Positions 34,652 through 45,760 of a stretch of 50,373 nucleotides of DNA are shown one piece after another. A model generated the notes under the pieces. It did not search any database and was not told the DNA's origin. It was given only the letters and a program-made list of their open reading frames with translations. A program made the translations under genes and the position numbers. How positions within the stretch are numbered: position 1 is the first letter of the stretch; each line of letters begins with the position of its first letter. Source of the stretch: Candidatus Ornithospirochaeta sp. (GTDB taxonomy: Bacteria > Spirochaetota > Spirochaetia > Sphaerochaetales > Sphaerochaetaceae); assembly GCA_045606405.1 (NCBI GenBank), contig JAZURW010000126.1, forward strand, positions 1 to 50,373, read 5' to 3'.

Positions 34652-36100
34652 ATGTCAAAGATACACTTTTCCTGCAGGAAAGAAGTTCCTGTAGAGATGC
34701 ACAAAGTAAAAATAGTACAGAAGCTCAATCTTCTTCCAGCCATGGATAGACTTGAGAGGATGAAGAACGCAGGCTTTAACACATTCGCCTTGCACAATGG
34801 CGATATTTTCATGGATATGCTCACAGACTCTGGAGTCAATGCGATGAGCGATGAAATGCAATCCGCAATGCTTAGGGCAGACGATGCATACGCAGGCAGC
34901 GAGACCTTCTATCGCATGAACGCAAAGCTCACTGAGCTTTTTGGAATTGAGCATCTCCTACCTGCACACCAAGGAAGAGCTTGCGAGCATATAATCGCGC
35001 AATATCTGGTAAAGCCAGGCTCAACTGTGATCATGAACTATCATTTCACCACCTCAAAGGCACATGTCACAAGACTAGGGGGAAAGGTAGAGGAGCTTGT
35101 CATCGATGAGGGTCTGAAGGTAAGCAGCACACATCCATTCAAGGGCAACATTGACATGGAGAAGCTTAAGGCTTGCGTGGAGAAAGAGGGAGCGGAGAAT
35201 ATCGCATACCTGCGCCTTGAGGCTGGAACCAACTTGATCGGAGGACAGCCAATATCATATGAGAATATGAAGATGGCAACCGAATACGCAAAGAGCATGG
35301 GTATTGTCACCGTGCTTGATGCATCCCTTCTTCAAGACAACCTCTATTTCATAAAGACAAGAGAAGAGGAGATGAAGGACAAGACAATCCGCGAAATCAC
35401 CAGGATGATCTCTGACCTATTTGACATAATCTATTTCTCTGCAAGAAAGTTCGGCTTCGGCAGAGGCGGTGGCATTCTCGTGCGCGATGAGATCAGATTC
35501 CATGAAATGGAGGACTTCATTCCTATGTTTGAGGGCTTCTTGACATATGGCGGAATGTCAGTCAAGGAGATGGAAGCCTTGATAATCGGCTTTGAGGAAA
35601 CAATGGATATGGATGTGATATCCCATGGTCCATCCTTCATCAACTACTGTGTCAATGAACTAGTTGAGCTTGGAGTTCCTATGATCACCCCTGCCGGAGG
35701 CTTAGGTGCGCATATAGACGCAAGAAGCTTTGTCGACCATATCAAGGCAGAGGAATATCCTGCTGGCTCCTTAGTCGCCGCTCTCTATCTTGCAGGTGGA
35801 ATCAGGGGAATGGAGAGAGGAACATTATCAGAAGAGAGGAATCCAGATGGCTCTGAGCGCATTGCATCTGTGGAGATGGTTAGACTTGCTCTGCCAAGAA
35901 GAGTATTCACACTATCGCAGGTAGAGTATGTCATAGATAGAGTTAAGTGGCTCTATGATCATAGACACCTCATCGGAGGGCTTAAGTTCGTCCATGAACC
36001 AAAGACGCTTAGATTCTTCACAGGAAAGCTAGAGCCAGTATCAGACTGGCCTGAGAAGCTAGTTGAAGCATACATCAAGGACTTTGGTGAAGACCAGTGA
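34652..36100 (+). CDS. Beta-eliminating lyase family enzyme (tryptophanase or tyrosine phenol-lyase type, PLP-dependent)
   Basis: FMDMLTDSGVNAMSDEMQSAMLRADDAYAGSETFY, PAHQGRACEHI, LDAS...NLYFIK, FSARKFGFGRGGGILV (PLP Lys in the SAxK motif) and EPKTLRFFTGKLEP. The ATG at 34652 has AGAGGA upstream. The ORF-track N-terminal extension is unlikely to be real. Confidence 0.88.
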   Translation: MSKIHFSCRKEVPVEMHKVKIVQKLNLLPAMDRLERMKNAGFNTFALHNGDIFMDMLTDSGVNAMSDEMQSAMLRADDAYAGSETFYRMNAKLTELFGIEHLLPAHQGRACEHIIAQYLVKPGSTVIMNYHFTTSKAHVTRLGGKVEELVIDEGLKVSSTHPFKGNIDMEKLKACVEKEGAENIAYLRLEAGTNLIGGQPISYENMKMATEYAKSMGIVTVLDASLLQDNLYFIKTREEEMKDKTIREITRMISDLFDIIYFSARKFGFGRGGGILVRDEIRFHEMEDFIPMFEGFLTYGGMSVKEMEALIIGFEETMDMDVISHGPSFINYCVNELVELGVPMITPAGGLGAHIDARSFVDHIKAEEYPAGSLVAALYLAGGIRGMERGTLSEERNPDGSERIASVEMVRLALPRRVFTLSQVEYVIDRVKWLYDHRHLIGGLKFVHEPKTLRFFTGKLEPVSDWPEKLVEAYIKDFGEDQ

Positions 36101-36105
36101 AGTTT

Positions 36106-36132
36106 GGCAACCTGAAAAGGTTGCCTATTTTA
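36106..36132 (+). terminator. Intrinsic terminator after the lyase gene
   Basis: GGCAACC-TGAAAA-GGTTGCC followed by TATTTTA. It starts 6 nt after the stop. Confidence 0.65.
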
Positions 36133-36330
36133 TCACAAAAAAGCTTGTAGCTCCGAACCAGCATGCATAAGATGCAGAAGAGAACCAGAGGATTAGCCTA
36201 ACGAGCTGATCATGATATCACCAACAGTTTCAAACAACCTCTATATTGGCAGCTACCTTCTCTTTGAGCCCCTCATGATTATTTGCATGGATAATCGCTC
36301 ATTTTAGATATTGACAACACCAGATCAAAT

Positions 36331-36355
36331 AAAAAAACCGCCACAACTGTGACGG
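36331..36355 (-). terminator. Intrinsic terminator ending the ribosomal alpha operon
   Basis: On the minus strand: CCGTCAC-AGTT-GTGGCGG (one G-U pair, which would be a C-A mismatch on the plus strand) followed by TTTTTTT. Confidence 0.7.
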
Positions 36356-36422
36356 CTTCAGGTTAAACCTGTTTCATGCTCCCCTTTAAAGGGACTTCCA
36401 GCTATCTAGTAGCTGCGGACGC

Positions 36423-36836
36423 TTATTTGTCAGCCTTAGCCTTCTTAGCATCCTTCTTCTCAGCCTTCTCATCCTTCTTAGTCTTCTCAACTAACTCAAG
36501 GATTACCATTTCAGCTGCATCTCCAAGTCTGTTGCCAGTCTTGAGAATTCTTGTGTAACCGCCCTGGCGTTCTGCGAACATTGGAGCGATTTCCTTGAAG
36601 AGCTTGTTTACAATAGCTTCATCGTAAACAGCCTTTGCTACCTCTCTGCGATTGTGAACTGAATCGTTCTTTGCGCGAGTGATGAGCTTTTCGGCCATTC
36701 TTCTTACTTCAAGTGCCTTTGCCTTTGTGGTCTCGATTCTCTCATATCTAAAAAGAGATGTGACCATGTTGCGCTTAAGAGCCTTGCGTTCGCTTGACTT
36801 ACGTGAAAGCGCATTGAAACCTAATCTATGCCTCAT
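36423..36836 (-). CDS. rplQ: 50S ribosomal protein L17 with a K-rich C-terminal tail
   Basis: [28 protein letters not shown]...GGYTRI. Confidence 0.95.
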   Translation of the reverse strand: MRHRLGFNALSRKSSERKALKRNMVTSLFRYERIETTKAKALEVRRMAEKLITRAKNDSVHNRREVAKAVYDEAIVNKLFKEIAPMFAERQGGYTRILKTGNRLGDAAEMVILELVEKTKKDEKAEKKDAKKAKADK

Positions 36837-37884
36837 TCTCTACTTCCTTACTTTCTGGAACTTTAATAGATGTCTTTAATACACTGAAGTCTGTCATGCC
36901 AAGAGTAAGGCCCCATTCTCTGAGCTTTTCCTTAATCTCTGAGAGTGATTTCTTACCGAAATTCCTTGTCTTAGCAATTTCCTCTTCAGTCTTCTTTGCC
37001 AGATCTCCGATGGTCTTAATACCTGCATTCTTAAGGCAGTTTGAAGAACGTACTGTGAGCTCAAGCTCCTCTACTGGAGTATCAAGAAGCTTCTTGATTC
37101 TCTCTTCTTCCTCATCCACTTCCTCAGTTGTGCAGATCTTACCTTCATCAAAATTAATGAAGATAGTGAAGTGTTCCTTAATGATCTTTGCAGCTTCGCC
37201 AAGAGCGTTCTCTGGTGAGATTGTCCCATCAGTGAAGATCTCAAGCACAAGCTTATCATAGTCGTTTCTCTGTCCAACCCTTGTTGGCTCAATTGAATAC
37301 TTAACTCTCTTCACAGGTGAGAAGAATGCATCAATTGAGATAACACCTGGTTCTTCAGAGTACTTCTCATTGAGTTCAGAAGGAACATAACCACGACCAA
37401 GGTTGATCTGAACTTCCATTTCAAGGTCGCAGTCTTCCATCATTGTGAAGATCACGAGGTCCTTATTTGTTACAGTTACCTGGTCTCTTTCAAAGTCTGC
37501 GCCGGTTACAACGCCTGGTCCCTTGCAAGGGATTGTGAGCACTGTTCCTTCGCATTCCTCTGGCATGCTGATCTGTAATTTCTTAATGGCTGCGATGATA
37601 TCTGAGATATCCTCTCTAACACCCTTTAATGGCTCAAACTCTGAAGTCACCATGTGTGCTGTTCTAAGCTCATTATCATTGAAAGTTGTAAAGCTAATAG
37701 CTGTTACAGCGTAACCCTGAATAGAGGAAAGGAGAACTCTGCGGAGAGTATTTCCGACAGTTGTTCCGAATCCTCTCTCAAATGGATAAGCAACGAACTT
37801 TCCATAATCAGCAGTAGCAACTGTGTGATCAGAGATGATTCCTGTAGGTCTCTTAAAACCCTTAAGAAGATTTTTTCTTGCCAT
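36826..37884 (-). CDS. rpoA: DNA-directed RNA polymerase alpha subunit
   Basis: [18 protein letters not shown], and C-terminal domain [22 protein letters not shown]. Confidence 0.96.
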   Translation of the reverse strand: MARKNLLKGFKRPTGIISDHTVATADYGKFVAYPFERGFGTTVGNTLRRVLLSSIQGYAVTAISFTTFNDNELRTAHMVTSEFEPLKGVREDISDIIAAIKKLQISMPEECEGTVLTIPCKGPGVVTGADFERDQVTVTNKDLVIFTMMEDCDLEMEVQINLGRGYVPSELNEKYSEEPGVISIDAFFSPVKRVKYSIEPTRVGQRNDYDKLVLEIFTDGTISPENALGEAAKIIKEHFTIFINFDEGKICTTEEVDEEEERIKKLLDTPVEELELTVRSSNCLKNAGIKTIGDLAKKTEEEIAKTRNFGKKSLSEIKEKLREWGLTLGMTDFSVLKTSIKVPESKEVENEA

Positions 37885-37958
37885 GATTATATGGTTACTC
37901 CTATTATTTTACTGCTAAACAAGCAGTGTTGCCTTGCTGGCCCGAAGCCAGCATGGCA

Positions 37959-38336
37959 TTAGACACGGCGAGTCTTGCGTGGGCGGCAGCCGTTGTGTGG
38001 GATTGGAGTTACATCCTTGATGGATCTAACCTTAAGTCCAAGAACACCGAGGGTTCTGATTGCGCTTTCACGACCAACTCCTGGTCCCTTAACGAAAACA
38101 TTAACCTCTTTAAGGCCGAAGTCCATTGCCTTCTTTGCAGCAGTCTCACAAGTTGTCTGTGCAGCATAAGGAGTGGATTTCTTAGCACCACGGAAGCCGA
38201 GGCCACCTGCTGATGCCCATGATACTGCGTTACCAGCAAGGTCGGTAACAGTAATGATTGTATTGTTGAAGGTTGCCTGGATGTAAACGTTACCTTCCAG
38301 AACTGTCTTCTTTACCTTTTTCTTTACGTTAGCCAT
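37959..38336 (-). CDS. rpsK: 30S ribosomal protein S11
   Basis: [19 protein letters not shown]...[19 protein letters not shown]. Confidence 0.96.
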   Translation of the reverse strand: MANVKKKVKKTVLEGNVYIQATFNNTIITVTDLAGNAVSWASAGGLGFRGAKKSTPYAAQTTCETAAKKAMDFGLKEVNVFVKGPGVGRESAIRTLGVLGLKVRSIKDVTPIPHNGCRPRKTRRV

Positions 38337-38349
38337 TTCCTACCTTCCC

Positions 38350-38715
38350 TTATTTCTTCTTACCTGCAACAGTCTTCTTCTTGCCCTTTCTTGTTCTTGC
38401 GTTTGTCTTGGTTCTCTGACCATTGACTGGCAAGCCCTTTCTGTGGCGGAGACCTCTGTAGCAACCAATGTCCATCAATCTCTTGATGTTAAGAGCTACT
38501 TCAGTTCTAAGCTGACCTTCAATCTTATACTCTTCTTCGATAACCTTTCTAAGAAGAGCAACTTCATCGTTAGAGAGTGTATTGATTCTAACTTCTGGAT
38601 CAATATTTGTTTTCTGGCAAATATCCATAGCTGACTTGTTGCCGATTCCATAGATATATGTCAGGGAGATCTTAACTGCCTTGTTTGGCAAGTCAACACC
38701 TGCTATACGTGCCAT
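38350..38715 (-). CDS. rpsM: 30S ribosomal protein S13
   Basis: [11 protein letters not shown]....LTYIYGIG...[24 protein letters not shown]. Confidence 0.96.
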   Translation of the reverse strand: MARIAGVDLPNKAVKISLTYIYGIGNKSAMDICQKTNIDPEVRINTLSNDEVALLRKVIEEEYKIEGQLRTEVALNIKRLMDIGCYRGLRHRKGLPVNGQRTKTNARTRKGKKKTVAGKKK

Positions 38716-38728
38716 ATTGGCCTCCTAC

Positions 38729-38842
38729 TTATTTCTGCCTCTGCTTATGCTTTGGGTTCTCGCAAACGATGCGTACGACACCGCCGCGTCTAATTACTTT
38801 ACACTTGTCACAAATTGGTTTGACACTTGCTCTTACTTTCAT
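38729..38842 (-). CDS. rpmJ: 50S ribosomal protein L36
   Basis: Not in the ORF track (37 aa). Manual translation gives [37 protein letters not shown]. Confidence 0.93.
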   Translation of the reverse strand: MKVRASVKPICDKCKVIRRGGVVRIVCENPKHKQRQK

Positions 38843-38855
38843 TTGTAAGCTCCTA

Positions 38856-40220
38856 TTAGATCTTATTTGTCTTGCGCTTCTTGGACTTGTAGTCCCTAGA
38901 GATATTATGCTGTCCGAGCTCTGCTTCCAACTGGTTCACTGTATCAAGCTCACAACCAACCATGATGATCAAGGATGTTCCACCAAAGAGCATCGCAACA
39001 TCAGCAGGAAGTTTGAAGATGAGCTGAATGAGAGTAGGAATCAGCGCAATGAATGCAAGGAAGATGGCACCTGAGAAAGCAACTCTGTTAATAACTTTTC
39101 TAAGGTAATCCTCGAGCACTGAAACAGGCTTTCCTGTTTCCCTATTGTAGACAACATTGTGGGTCTTTGGATCCTTCTTGAATCCTGTACCTACGCCTGG
39201 GACTGTACCGCCATTTGATCTTACATTCTCAGCGATATCATCTGGTCTGAGAACGAGAGATGTATAGAAGTATGCAAAACCTAAAATCAGCAGGGTGTAG
39301 ATGATTAGATAGGGGGCACGCTGCGGATCTAAGAAATTTGCTACAGCCTGTAGCCACTTGATATTTGAGTTATATCCTAACTGAAGTGGGAAGGAAAGAA
39401 GAGTAGATGCAAAGATAACAGGGATAACACCTGATGGATTGATCTTGATTGGGAAGAATGTGTTCTGTCCACGATACATCTTGTTTCCAACCTGACGGTT
39501 AGCATATAAAACAGTAATCTTTCTCTGTCCCTTCTCTTCGTAGATTACAAGAGCAACAACGAAGAAGAACATGATAATAACCACGATCAAGGAAACAGGA
39601 TTGATTGTGTGATTAGCGACTCCTGTGATCATTGAGTAGAATGCACTTGGAATACGTGCAACAATACCCGCGAAGATAAGGAGTGAAATACCATTGCCAA
39701 TACCCTTCTGTGTAATTCTCTCACCGAGCCAAACCATGAGCATTGAACCAGCTGTTACGCTGATGATTGCTACAGGGATAAATGCGCCAGTAGGAATTGC
39801 GAGGGCACCAGGAATGCCATTTGCATATACTGATGCAGCAGCAGCCTGGATAGCACAAACAAGGATTGTGCCATAGCGTGTGTACTGCTGAATCTTCTTT
39901 GAACCCTGAGGATCCTCTGCAAGCTTCTTCAATGAAGGGATAACCACCATCAGCAACTGGATGATGATCTGTGTGCTGATGTATGGCATAACTCCCAACA
40001 TGAAAATAGAGAAATTTGCAAATGCTCCACCAGAGAAGAAATTCAGATATTCAGTAAAGGAGTTTGAATAGCTGCTGAAATAGTTAAGTACTGCGCTTGG
40101 GTTGATTCCAGGAATTGGAAGATAAGCACCAATACGTGTAACTACCAAGATAGCTAAAGTATAAAGAATCTTCTTTCTTGTATCCTTTAATCTGAATGAT
40201 TCTACCAGAGTGTTTGCCAT
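38856..40220 (-). CDS. secY: Preprotein translocase subunit SecY
   Basis: Ten hydrophobic segments, [36 protein letters not shown]. Confidence 0.96.
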   Translation of the reverse strand: MANTLVESFRLKDTRKKILYTLAILVVTRIGAYLPIPGINPSAVLNYFSSYSNSFTEYLNFFSGGAFANFSIFMLGVMPYISTQIIIQLLMVVIPSLKKLAEDPQGSKKIQQYTRYGTILVCAIQAAAASVYANGIPGALAIPTGAFIPVAIISVTAGSMLMVWLGERITQKGIGNGISLLIFAGIVARIPSAFYSMITGVANHTINPVSLIVVIIMFFFVVALVIYEEKGQRKITVLYANRQVGNKMYRGQNTFFPIKINPSGVIPVIFASTLLSFPLQLGYNSNIKWLQAVANFLDPQRAPYLIIYTLLILGFAYFYTSLVLRPDDIAENVRSNGGTVPGVGTGFKKDPKTHNVVYNRETGKPVSVLEDYLRKVINRVAFSGAIFLAFIALIPTLIQLIFKLPADVAMLFGGTSLIIMVGCELDTVNQLEAELGQHNISRDYKSKKRKTNKI

Positions 40221-40238
40221 TGTAAATACCTTTTGTTA

Positions 40239-40670
40239 TTACTTAACTTCTCCGCCAGCAGCCTGAATCTTCTCTGCAGCAGCCTTTGAGCACTTGACGC
40301 CCTCAACAACTACCTTCTTTGTGATTTCTCCATCAGAGAGGATCTTAGCGACTGTCTCATTTCCCTTGATGACTCCATATTCTCTAAGAGTTTCATCAGA
40401 AACAACTGCACCATTTTCGAATACTGCATCAATCACCTCAAGCGATACAGCCTGATATGTTACCTTAAAGAGGGAATTTGAGAATCCACGTCTAGCAACA
40501 CGTCTGTAGAGTGGCATCTGTCCGCCCTCGAATCCTGGGCGTACACCACCGCCAGAGCGGCTATTCTGTCCGTCATGACCGCGACCACATGCTCTACCCT
40601 TAGAGCCCTGGCCACGACCAACGATTGTCTTTTTCTTTGTAGCACCAACTGGTTTTACGATCTGTGCCAT
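40239..40670 (-). CDS. rplO: 50S ribosomal protein L15
   Basis: GRGQGSKGRACGRGHDGQNSRSGGGVRPGFEGGQMPLYRR. Confidence 0.95.
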   Translation of the reverse strand: MAQIVKPVGATKKKTIVGRGQGSKGRACGRGHDGQNSRSGGGVRPGFEGGQMPLYRRVARRGFSNSLFKVTYQAVSLEVIDAVFENGAVVSDETLREYGVIKGNETVAKILSDGEITKKVVVEGVKCSKAAAEKIQAAGGEVK

Positions 40671-40672
40671 AG

Positions 40673-40852
40673 TTAAACCTCCTCAACCTTTACAAGGTGC
40701 TGTACGGTGTTAACCATACCACGGTTTACAGGGTTATCTTCACGGATAACGGAGCTGTTGATTTTTCCAAGTCCAAGAGCCTTTACAGTTTTTCTCTGGG
40801 CTGGGAGTGTACCAGCTACGCCCTTTACGAGTGTAATCTTGATCTGTGCCAT
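40673..40852 (-). CDS. rpmD: 50S ribosomal protein L30
   Basis: Not in the ORF track (59 aa). Manual translation gives [59 protein letters not shown]. Confidence 0.92.
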   Translation of the reverse strand: MAQIKITLVKGVAGTLPAQRKTVKALGLGKINSSVIREDNPVNRGMVNTVQHLVKVEEV

Positions 40853-40853
40853 A

Positions 40854-41360
40854 TTAGCTCCACATCTCCTTTAGAGACTTGCCTCTTGAATTTGCTACAG
40901 CCTTTGCATCATAAAGATGCTCGAAAGCATCGAATGTTGCCTTAACTGTATTGATGCCGTTTCTGGAACCAAGTGACTTTGAAAGGATGTCCTTGATGCC
41001 CGCAGCATCACATACTAAACGAACTGCACCACCTGCGATAACACCAGTACCAGGAACAGCTGGCTTCATGAGGATAGAAGCGCTCTTGAAGTTGCCGATG
41101 ATATCGTGTGGGATTGTGTTTCCCTTAAGTGGAACTGTGATGATGCTGTTCTTAGCCTTATCTGTTGCCTTTCTGATAGCGTCTGTTACGTCATTAGCCT
41201 TACCAAAGCCATAACCTACTCTACCATCGCCATAACCGACTACTACGAGAGCTGAGAATGAGAATCTTCTACCACCCTTAACTACCTTAGCAACACGGTT
41301 GAGCTTAACAAGCTTCTCTACATATCCGTCTTTGACTTCTTTTTCTCTTACCTTTTCCAT
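40854..41360 (-). CDS. rpsE: 30S ribosomal protein S5
   Basis: [35 protein letters not shown]. Confidence 0.96.
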   Translation of the reverse strand: MEKVREKEVKDGYVEKLVKLNRVAKVVKGGRRFSFSALVVVGYGDGRVGYGFGKANDVTDAIRKATDKAKNSIITVPLKGNTIPHDIIGNFKSASILMKPAVPGTGVIAGGAVRLVCDAAGIKDILSKSLGSRNGINTVKATFDAFEHLYDAKAVANSRGKSLKEMWS

Positions 41361-41368
41361 ACCTGCTC

Positions 41369-41728
41369 CTAGAACTGAACGCCGGCCTTTCTAGCGCCGT
41401 CAGCAATGCTCTTTACGATACCATGGTAGATGTAACCGTTTCTGTCGAATACAACTGCCTTGATACCCTTATCTAAGAGCCTCTTTCCTACAGCTTCGCC
41501 AAGCTTTGCAGCGTCAGCAACTGTATTTCTAAGGTCCTTGAATTCAGCCTCAACTGTAGATGCAGCAACGAGAGTGTGTCCGATTGTATCGTCGATAACC
41601 TGAACATACATATGCTGGTTTGATCTGAATACAGTCATTCTTGGTCTCTCAGCAGTACCAGAAAGAGTCTTTCTAATATGAACCTTTCTCTTTAACTGCC
41701 TTCTTCTCTTATCAATCATTCTGTTCAT
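41369..41728 (-). CDS. rplR: 50S ribosomal protein L18
   Basis: [20 protein letters not shown]...[25 protein letters not shown]. Confidence 0.95.
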   Translation of the reverse strand: MNRMIDKRRRQLKRKVHIRKTLSGTAERPRMTVFRSNQHMYVQVIDDTIGHTLVAASTVEAEFKDLRNTVADAAKLGEAVGKRLLDKGIKAVVFDRNGYIYHGIVKSIADGARKAGVQF

Positions 41729-41739
41729 TCTAAGCCGCC

Positions 41740-42288
41740 TTATTTCTTACCACCAGACTTACCAACCTTACGGCGGATATTCTCTGTTTCGTACTTGATG
41801 CCCTTGCCCTTATATGGCTCTGGTTCTCTGAGAGAACGAATTTCAGCACTAACCTGTCCAACCTTAGCCTTGTCGATACCTGAAACAGTGATCTTTGTTG
41901 GGCCTTCAGCTGTGATAGTGATGCCTTCTGGAATCATGTACTCGATAATTGTTGAGAAACCGAGACCGAGAGTAAGGATCTTTCCATCCTTGCTGAGCTC
42001 TGCCTTGAAACCAACACCATTGATGAGAAGAGTCTTTGAGTAACCCTTTGAAACACCTTCAACCATGTTGCTGATGAGCTGGCGATAGAGGCCATGATAG
42101 CTTCTTGATGCCTTCTCGTCGTCGATTCTTGTTATTACAACTTCGTTTGGCTGGATGTCGATCTTGACCTCAGGTCTGACTGCCTGTGTGAGTGTTCCCT
42201 TTGGTCCCTTTACTGTGACAACGCCATTGTCGAAGCTAACTGTTACACCTGCAGGAATTGCAACTGGTAATTTACCGATTCTAGACAT
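41740..42288 (-). CDS. rplF: 50S ribosomal protein L6
   Basis: [17 protein letters not shown]...VTVKGPKG...LINGVGFKA....PEPYKGKGI. Confidence 0.96.
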   Translation of the reverse strand: MSRIGKLPVAIPAGVTVSFDNGVVTVKGPKGTLTQAVRPEVKIDIQPNEVVITRIDDEKASRSYHGLYRQLISNMVEGVSKGYSKTLLINGVGFKAELSKDGKILTLGLGFSTIIEYMIPEGITITAEGPTKITVSGIDKAKVGQVSAEIRSLREPEPYKGKGIKYETENIRRKVGKSGGKK

Positions 42289-42300
42289 ACTATTCTCTCC

Positions 42301-42699
42301 TTACCAGATTGTGCAGATGAGCTCACCGCCAACACGTGCTTCCTTAGCCTTCTTGCCTGTGATAACACCTGTTGAGGAAGAAACGACTACCACGCCAATG
42401 CCATTGTAGACAGAAGGCATTTCCTTGTAACCGCAATAAACACGGCGACCAGGAGTGGAGATACGCTCTATGCCATGGATAACTGGAGTAAGATCATCTT
42501 CATACTTCAGGAAAACCCTGATGAATGTGATGTCGTCCTTAGTTACCTTCTTAAAATTCTTGATGAAACCTTCGTTCTTAAGGATCTTGATAATCTGGAG
42601 CTTAAGATTTGAAGCTGTTACATCAACCTTCTCATGCTTTGCCTGACTAGCATTTCTGATCTTAGTCAGCATATCTGCAATTGGATCACTAACTGCCAT
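42301..42699 (-). CDS. rpsH: 30S ribosomal protein S8
   Basis: [13 protein letters not shown]......ILKNEGFI...STPGRRVY......GGELICTIW. Confidence 0.96.
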   Translation of the reverse strand: MAVSDPIADMLTKIRNASQAKHEKVDVTASNLKLQIIKILKNEGFIKNFKKVTKDDITFIRVFLKYEDDLTPVIHGIERISTPGRRVYCGYKEMPSVYNGIGVVVVSSSTGVITGKKAKEARVGGELICTIW

Positions 42700-42711
42700 T
42701 TTCCTAATCTC

Positions 42712-42897
42712 CTACCAGCTGGACTTTGTAACACCAGGAATCTGACCTTCTGAAGCCAGCTTTCTGAAGCAAAGTCTACACATATCAAAATCACGCATAT
42801 AACCACGAGGTCTGCCACAGATTCTGCAGCGATTATATCTTCTTGTTGAGAACTTTGGCTCTCTATTACACTTAACGATTAAAGACTTCTTTGCCAT
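42712..42897 (-). CDS. rpsZ: 30S ribosomal protein S14, type Z (Zn-binding, 61 aa)
   Basis: MAKKSLIVK....[31 protein letters not shown]. Confidence 0.95.
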   Translation of the reverse strand: MAKKSLIVKCNREPKFSTRRYNRCRICGRPRGYMRDFDMCRLCFRKLASEGQIPGVTKSSW

Positions 42898-42912
42898 TTT
42901 CTTTCAGTCTCC

Positions 42913-43470
42913 TTACTTTGCAAAAGGCATTCCGAGAGCCTTAAGAAGAGCAAAGCCCTGCTCATCGTTCACAGCTGTTGTAACAATAGCAATGTTCAAG
43001 CCGCTAACTCTCTCGATCTTGTCATAGTCGATTTCAGGGAAAATAATCTGCTCTGTGATACCAAGAGAATAGTTTCCATGACCGTCGAAGGCATTAGGAT
43101 TAACGCCCTTGAAGTCCTTAACACGAGGAAGTGCGATGCAGATGAGTCTCTCGAGGAAGAACCACATATTGTCGCCTCTAAGAGTTACCATAGCACCAAT
43201 TTCCTGACCTTCTCTAACCTTGAAGTTAGCGATGGACTTTCTAGCCTTAGTCTTTACAACATGCTGACCAGTGATCTGCTCAAGCTCCTTAACTGCTGCA
43301 TCAAGAAGCTTCTTATTTGTTGTTGCTTCGCCTACGCCGACAGATACTGTGATCTTCTCAAGTCTTGGAATCTGCATTGGTGTCTTGAAACCGAACTGCT
43401 TGAAAAGCTCTGGTGCAACTGTCTCGAGATACTTCTTCTTAAAATTTGGAACGAACTTCTCTTCAGCCAT
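42913..43470 (-). CDS. rplE: 50S ribosomal protein L5
   Basis: [15 protein letters not shown]...[27 protein letters not shown]. The start is the ATG at 43470, 1 nt after the rplX stop. The longer ORF-track start overlaps rplX. Confidence 0.95.
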   Translation of the reverse strand: MAEEKFVPNFKKKYLETVAPELFKQFGFKTPMQIPRLEKITVSVGVGEATTNKKLLDAAVKELEQITGQHVVKTKARKSIANFKVREGQEIGAMVTLRGDNMWFFLERLICIALPRVKDFKGVNPNAFDGHGNYSLGITEQIIFPEIDYDKIERVSGLNIAIVTTAVNDEQGFALLKALGMPFAK

Positions 43471-43471
43471 T

Positions 43472-43774
43472 TTAGAGCACCTCACCTGTCTTCTTTGCAA
43501 AGCGGACTTTCTTTCCGTTTTCCATCTTGTATCCAATCTTTGATGTCTTTCCGTCCTTAGTTACATAAGCAACGTTTGAAACATGGATTGGAGCTTCAAC
43601 TTCCACGATGCCGCCCTTATCCTGAGCATTTCTCTTCTTCATGGTCTTCTTAACCATGTTAGCACCCTGGACGTAGACCCTTTCTGATGCAGGGTCAACT
43701 TTAACGATCCTGCCAGTGAGGCCCTTGTCCTTACCGGCAATGATCATGACTGTGTCATCTTTCTTCAGTCTCAT
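43472..43774 (-). CDS. rplX: 50S ribosomal protein L24
   Basis: [23 protein letters not shown]. Confidence 0.95.
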   Translation of the reverse strand: MRLKKDDTVMIIAGKDKGLTGRIVKVDPASERVYVQGANMVKKTMKKRNAQDKGGIVEVEAPIHVSNVAYVTKDGKTSKIGYKMENGKKVRFAKKTGEVL

Positions 43775-43783
43775 CTCTTTCTC

Positions 43784-44149
43784 CTACAACACTTCCGGTG
43801 CGAGTGAAACAATCTTCATGTAACCGTCACGAAGTTCTCTTGCAACTGGTCCAAAGATACGCTTACCGCGTGGGTTATTGTTGGCATCAATGATAACGCA
43901 TGCGTTGTCATCGAACCTGATATAGGTACCGTCAGGTCTGCGGTATTCCTTCTTAGTGCGAACTACTACTGCCTTCATAACGTCGCCCTTCTTGATTGCG
44001 CCGTTAGGGAGTGCGTCCTTTACTGCAACTACGATGATGTCACCGATTCCAGCAACATATCTGTGGCTGCCGCCGAGAACCTTGATGCACTGCACACGCT
44101 TTGCACCACTGTTGTCCGCTACGTTCAAATAAGTCTGCATCTGTACCAT
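43784..44149 (-). CDS. rplN: 50S ribosomal protein L14
   Basis: [28 protein letters not shown]......GPVARELR. Confidence 0.96.
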   Translation of the reverse strand: MVQMQTYLNVADNSGAKRVQCIKVLGGSHRYVAGIGDIIVVAVKDALPNGAIKKGDVMKAVVVRTKKEYRRPDGTYIRFDDNACVIIDANNNPRGKRIFGPVARELRDGYMKIVSLAPEVL

Positions 44150-44161
44150 GACTTTTCTCCT

Positions 44162-44413
44162 TTAGCGTGCTCTCTCGACGACTTCTTCAAGTCTCCAGCA
44201 CTTATCCTTGCTTAAATGGCGGCATTCGACAACGCGAACAGTATCGCCATAATGTGCATCATTCTTCTCGTCGTGAGCCTTAACCTTCTTTGTAGAGATC
44301 ACGTACTTCTTGTAAAGAGGATGAAGAGTTCTCTCGGAAACCTCTACAACAATAGTCTTGTCCATCTTATCACTTACAACAAGACCAGTGAGTCTTTTCT
44401 TCTTTGCGTCCAT
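44162..44413 (-). CDS. rpsQ: 30S ribosomal protein S17
   Basis: [17 protein letters not shown].....HPLYKKY....KK..AHDE.N....GD.V...ECR..SK.K.W. Confidence 0.95.
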   Translation of the reverse strand: MDAKKKRLTGLVVSDKMDKTIVVEVSERTLHPLYKKYVISTKKVKAHDEKNDAHYGDTVRVVECRHLSKDKCWRLEEVVERAR

Positions 44414-44427
44414 TTACCGTGCCTCTC

Positions 44428-44631
44428 TTAGTTAGATGTCTTCTCAAGACCAATGTCGATTGCATGGATTCTTGTATTAAGACGAGCAATATTTCTTCTG
44501 GTGTTTCTCAATGCCATTGGGTTGTCTAAATGACCGAGAACCCTCTGCATTCTGAGGTCAACCAGCTCTCTTCTGAGCTCATCGCGCTTTGCTACGAGCT
44601 CCTTGTAACTGAGTTCCTTATATGACTTCAT
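44428..44631 (-). CDS. rpmC: 50S ribosomal protein L29
   Basis: Its size and position between rplP and rpsQ fit. [19 protein letters not shown]...RRNIARLNT. Confidence 0.93.
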   Translation of the reverse strand: MKSYKELSYKELVAKRDELRRELVDLRMQRVLGHLDNPMALRNTRRNIARLNTRIHAIDIGLEKTSN

Positions 44632-44634
44632 AAC

Positions 44635-45051
44635 TTACTCCTGTTCAGCCTTGGTAACAACCTTGGTCTTGATTGGGAGCTTTGATGCTGCGAGGATGAG
44701 AGCTTCTCTAGCAAGTGCTTCATCAACACCACCCATCTCAAACATGATTGCTCCTGTCTTAACAACTGCTACCCAGCCATCTGGTGCGCCCTTACCATTA
44801 CCCTGTCTTGTTTCAGCAGGCTTCTTTGTGTAAGGCATATCAGGGAAGATACGAATCCAAACCTTACCACCTCTCTTAACGTGACGAGTCATTGCAACTC
44901 TGGCTGCCTCAATCTGGCGGTTAGTGATCCAGAGTGGCTCAAGAGCCATCAGACCATATTCACCAAAGGAGAGTGTATTGCCTCTGTGGGCTACTGCATC
45001 GCGAGTTCCGCGCTGCTTCTTTCTGAATTTGATTCTCTTAGGACTAAGCAT
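44635..45051 (-). CDS. rplP: 50S ribosomal protein L16
   Basis: [15 protein letters not shown]......G..L.FGEYGL.A......[25 protein letters not shown]. Confidence 0.96.
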   Translation of the reverse strand: MLSPKRIKFRKKQRGTRDAVAHRGNTLSFGEYGLMALEPLWITNRQIEAARVAMTRHVKRGGKVWIRIFPDMPYTKKPAETRQGNGKGAPDGWVAVVKTGAIMFEMGGVDEALAREALILAASKLPIKTKVVTKAEQE

Positions 45052-45055
45052 GCTA

Positions 45056-45760
45056 TTAACCCCTTGCCTCTGCTTCGGTCTTCTTCTTTACAAGAGTACC
45101 GACGGCATCATCTTCTGCCTTAGCGTGATCATAGATCTCACCATTGAATACCCATACCTTGATGCCGATTGCACCGAAGGAGGTATTTGCTGTTGCGAAG
45201 CCATAATCGATATCAGATCTGAGTGTGTGTAGTGGGATTCTTCCGTCCTTCATCCACTCTGTTCTTGCGATTTCCGCACCACCAAGACGACCGGAGCACT
45301 TGATCTTGATTCCCTGTACACCACCAGCCATAGCTCTAGAAACAGCGTTCTTCATAGCTCTTCTGTATGCACCGCGGTTCTCAAGCTGTCTTGCGATGTT
45401 CTGAGCGACGAGCTGAGCATCACATTCTGCCTTCTTGATCTCCTTGATCTTGATCTGAACCTTCTTGTCAGTAAGCTTCTGCATCTTCTCTGCGAGCTTC
45501 TCAACATTAGCGCCCTTTGCACCGATGATGATGCCAGGTCTTGCTGTAGCTACACAAAGTGTAACGCGCTGTGGCTTACGGATGATTTCAACATCGCTGA
45601 TCTCTGCACCAGCAACCTCTGGGCAAGCCAGGAATGCCTTTCTAAGTACAAGATCTTCATGAAGAGTATCTGCATACTCTCTTGGATCAACATACCACTT
45701 TGACTTCCATGTCTTATTAACACCGAGTCTAAGTCCAATTGGATTAACTTTCTGGCCCAT
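45056..45760 (-). CDS. rpsC: 30S ribosomal protein S3
   Basis: [13 protein letters not shown]....W.S.W, KH domain, [13 protein letters not shown]...GR.PLHTLR.DIDY. Confidence 0.96.
   Translation of the reverse strand: MGQKVNPIGLRLGVNKTWKSKWYVDPREYADTLHEDLVLRKAFLACPEVAGAEISDVEIIRKPQRVTLCVATARPGIIIGAKGANVEKLAEKMQKLTDKKVQIKIKEIKKAECDAQLVAQNIARQLENRGAYRRAMKNAVSRAMAGGVQGIKIKCSGRLGGAEIARTEWMKDGRIPLHTLRSDIDYGFATANTSFGAIGIKVWVFNGEIYDHAKAEDDAVGTLVKKKTEAEARG

Noticed and set aside
36212-36310. 32-codon ORF (MISPTVSNNLYIGSYLLFEPLMIICMDNRSF) in the long non-coding gap
   Set aside because: It has no RBS and no recognisable similarity, and is most likely a chance ORF.
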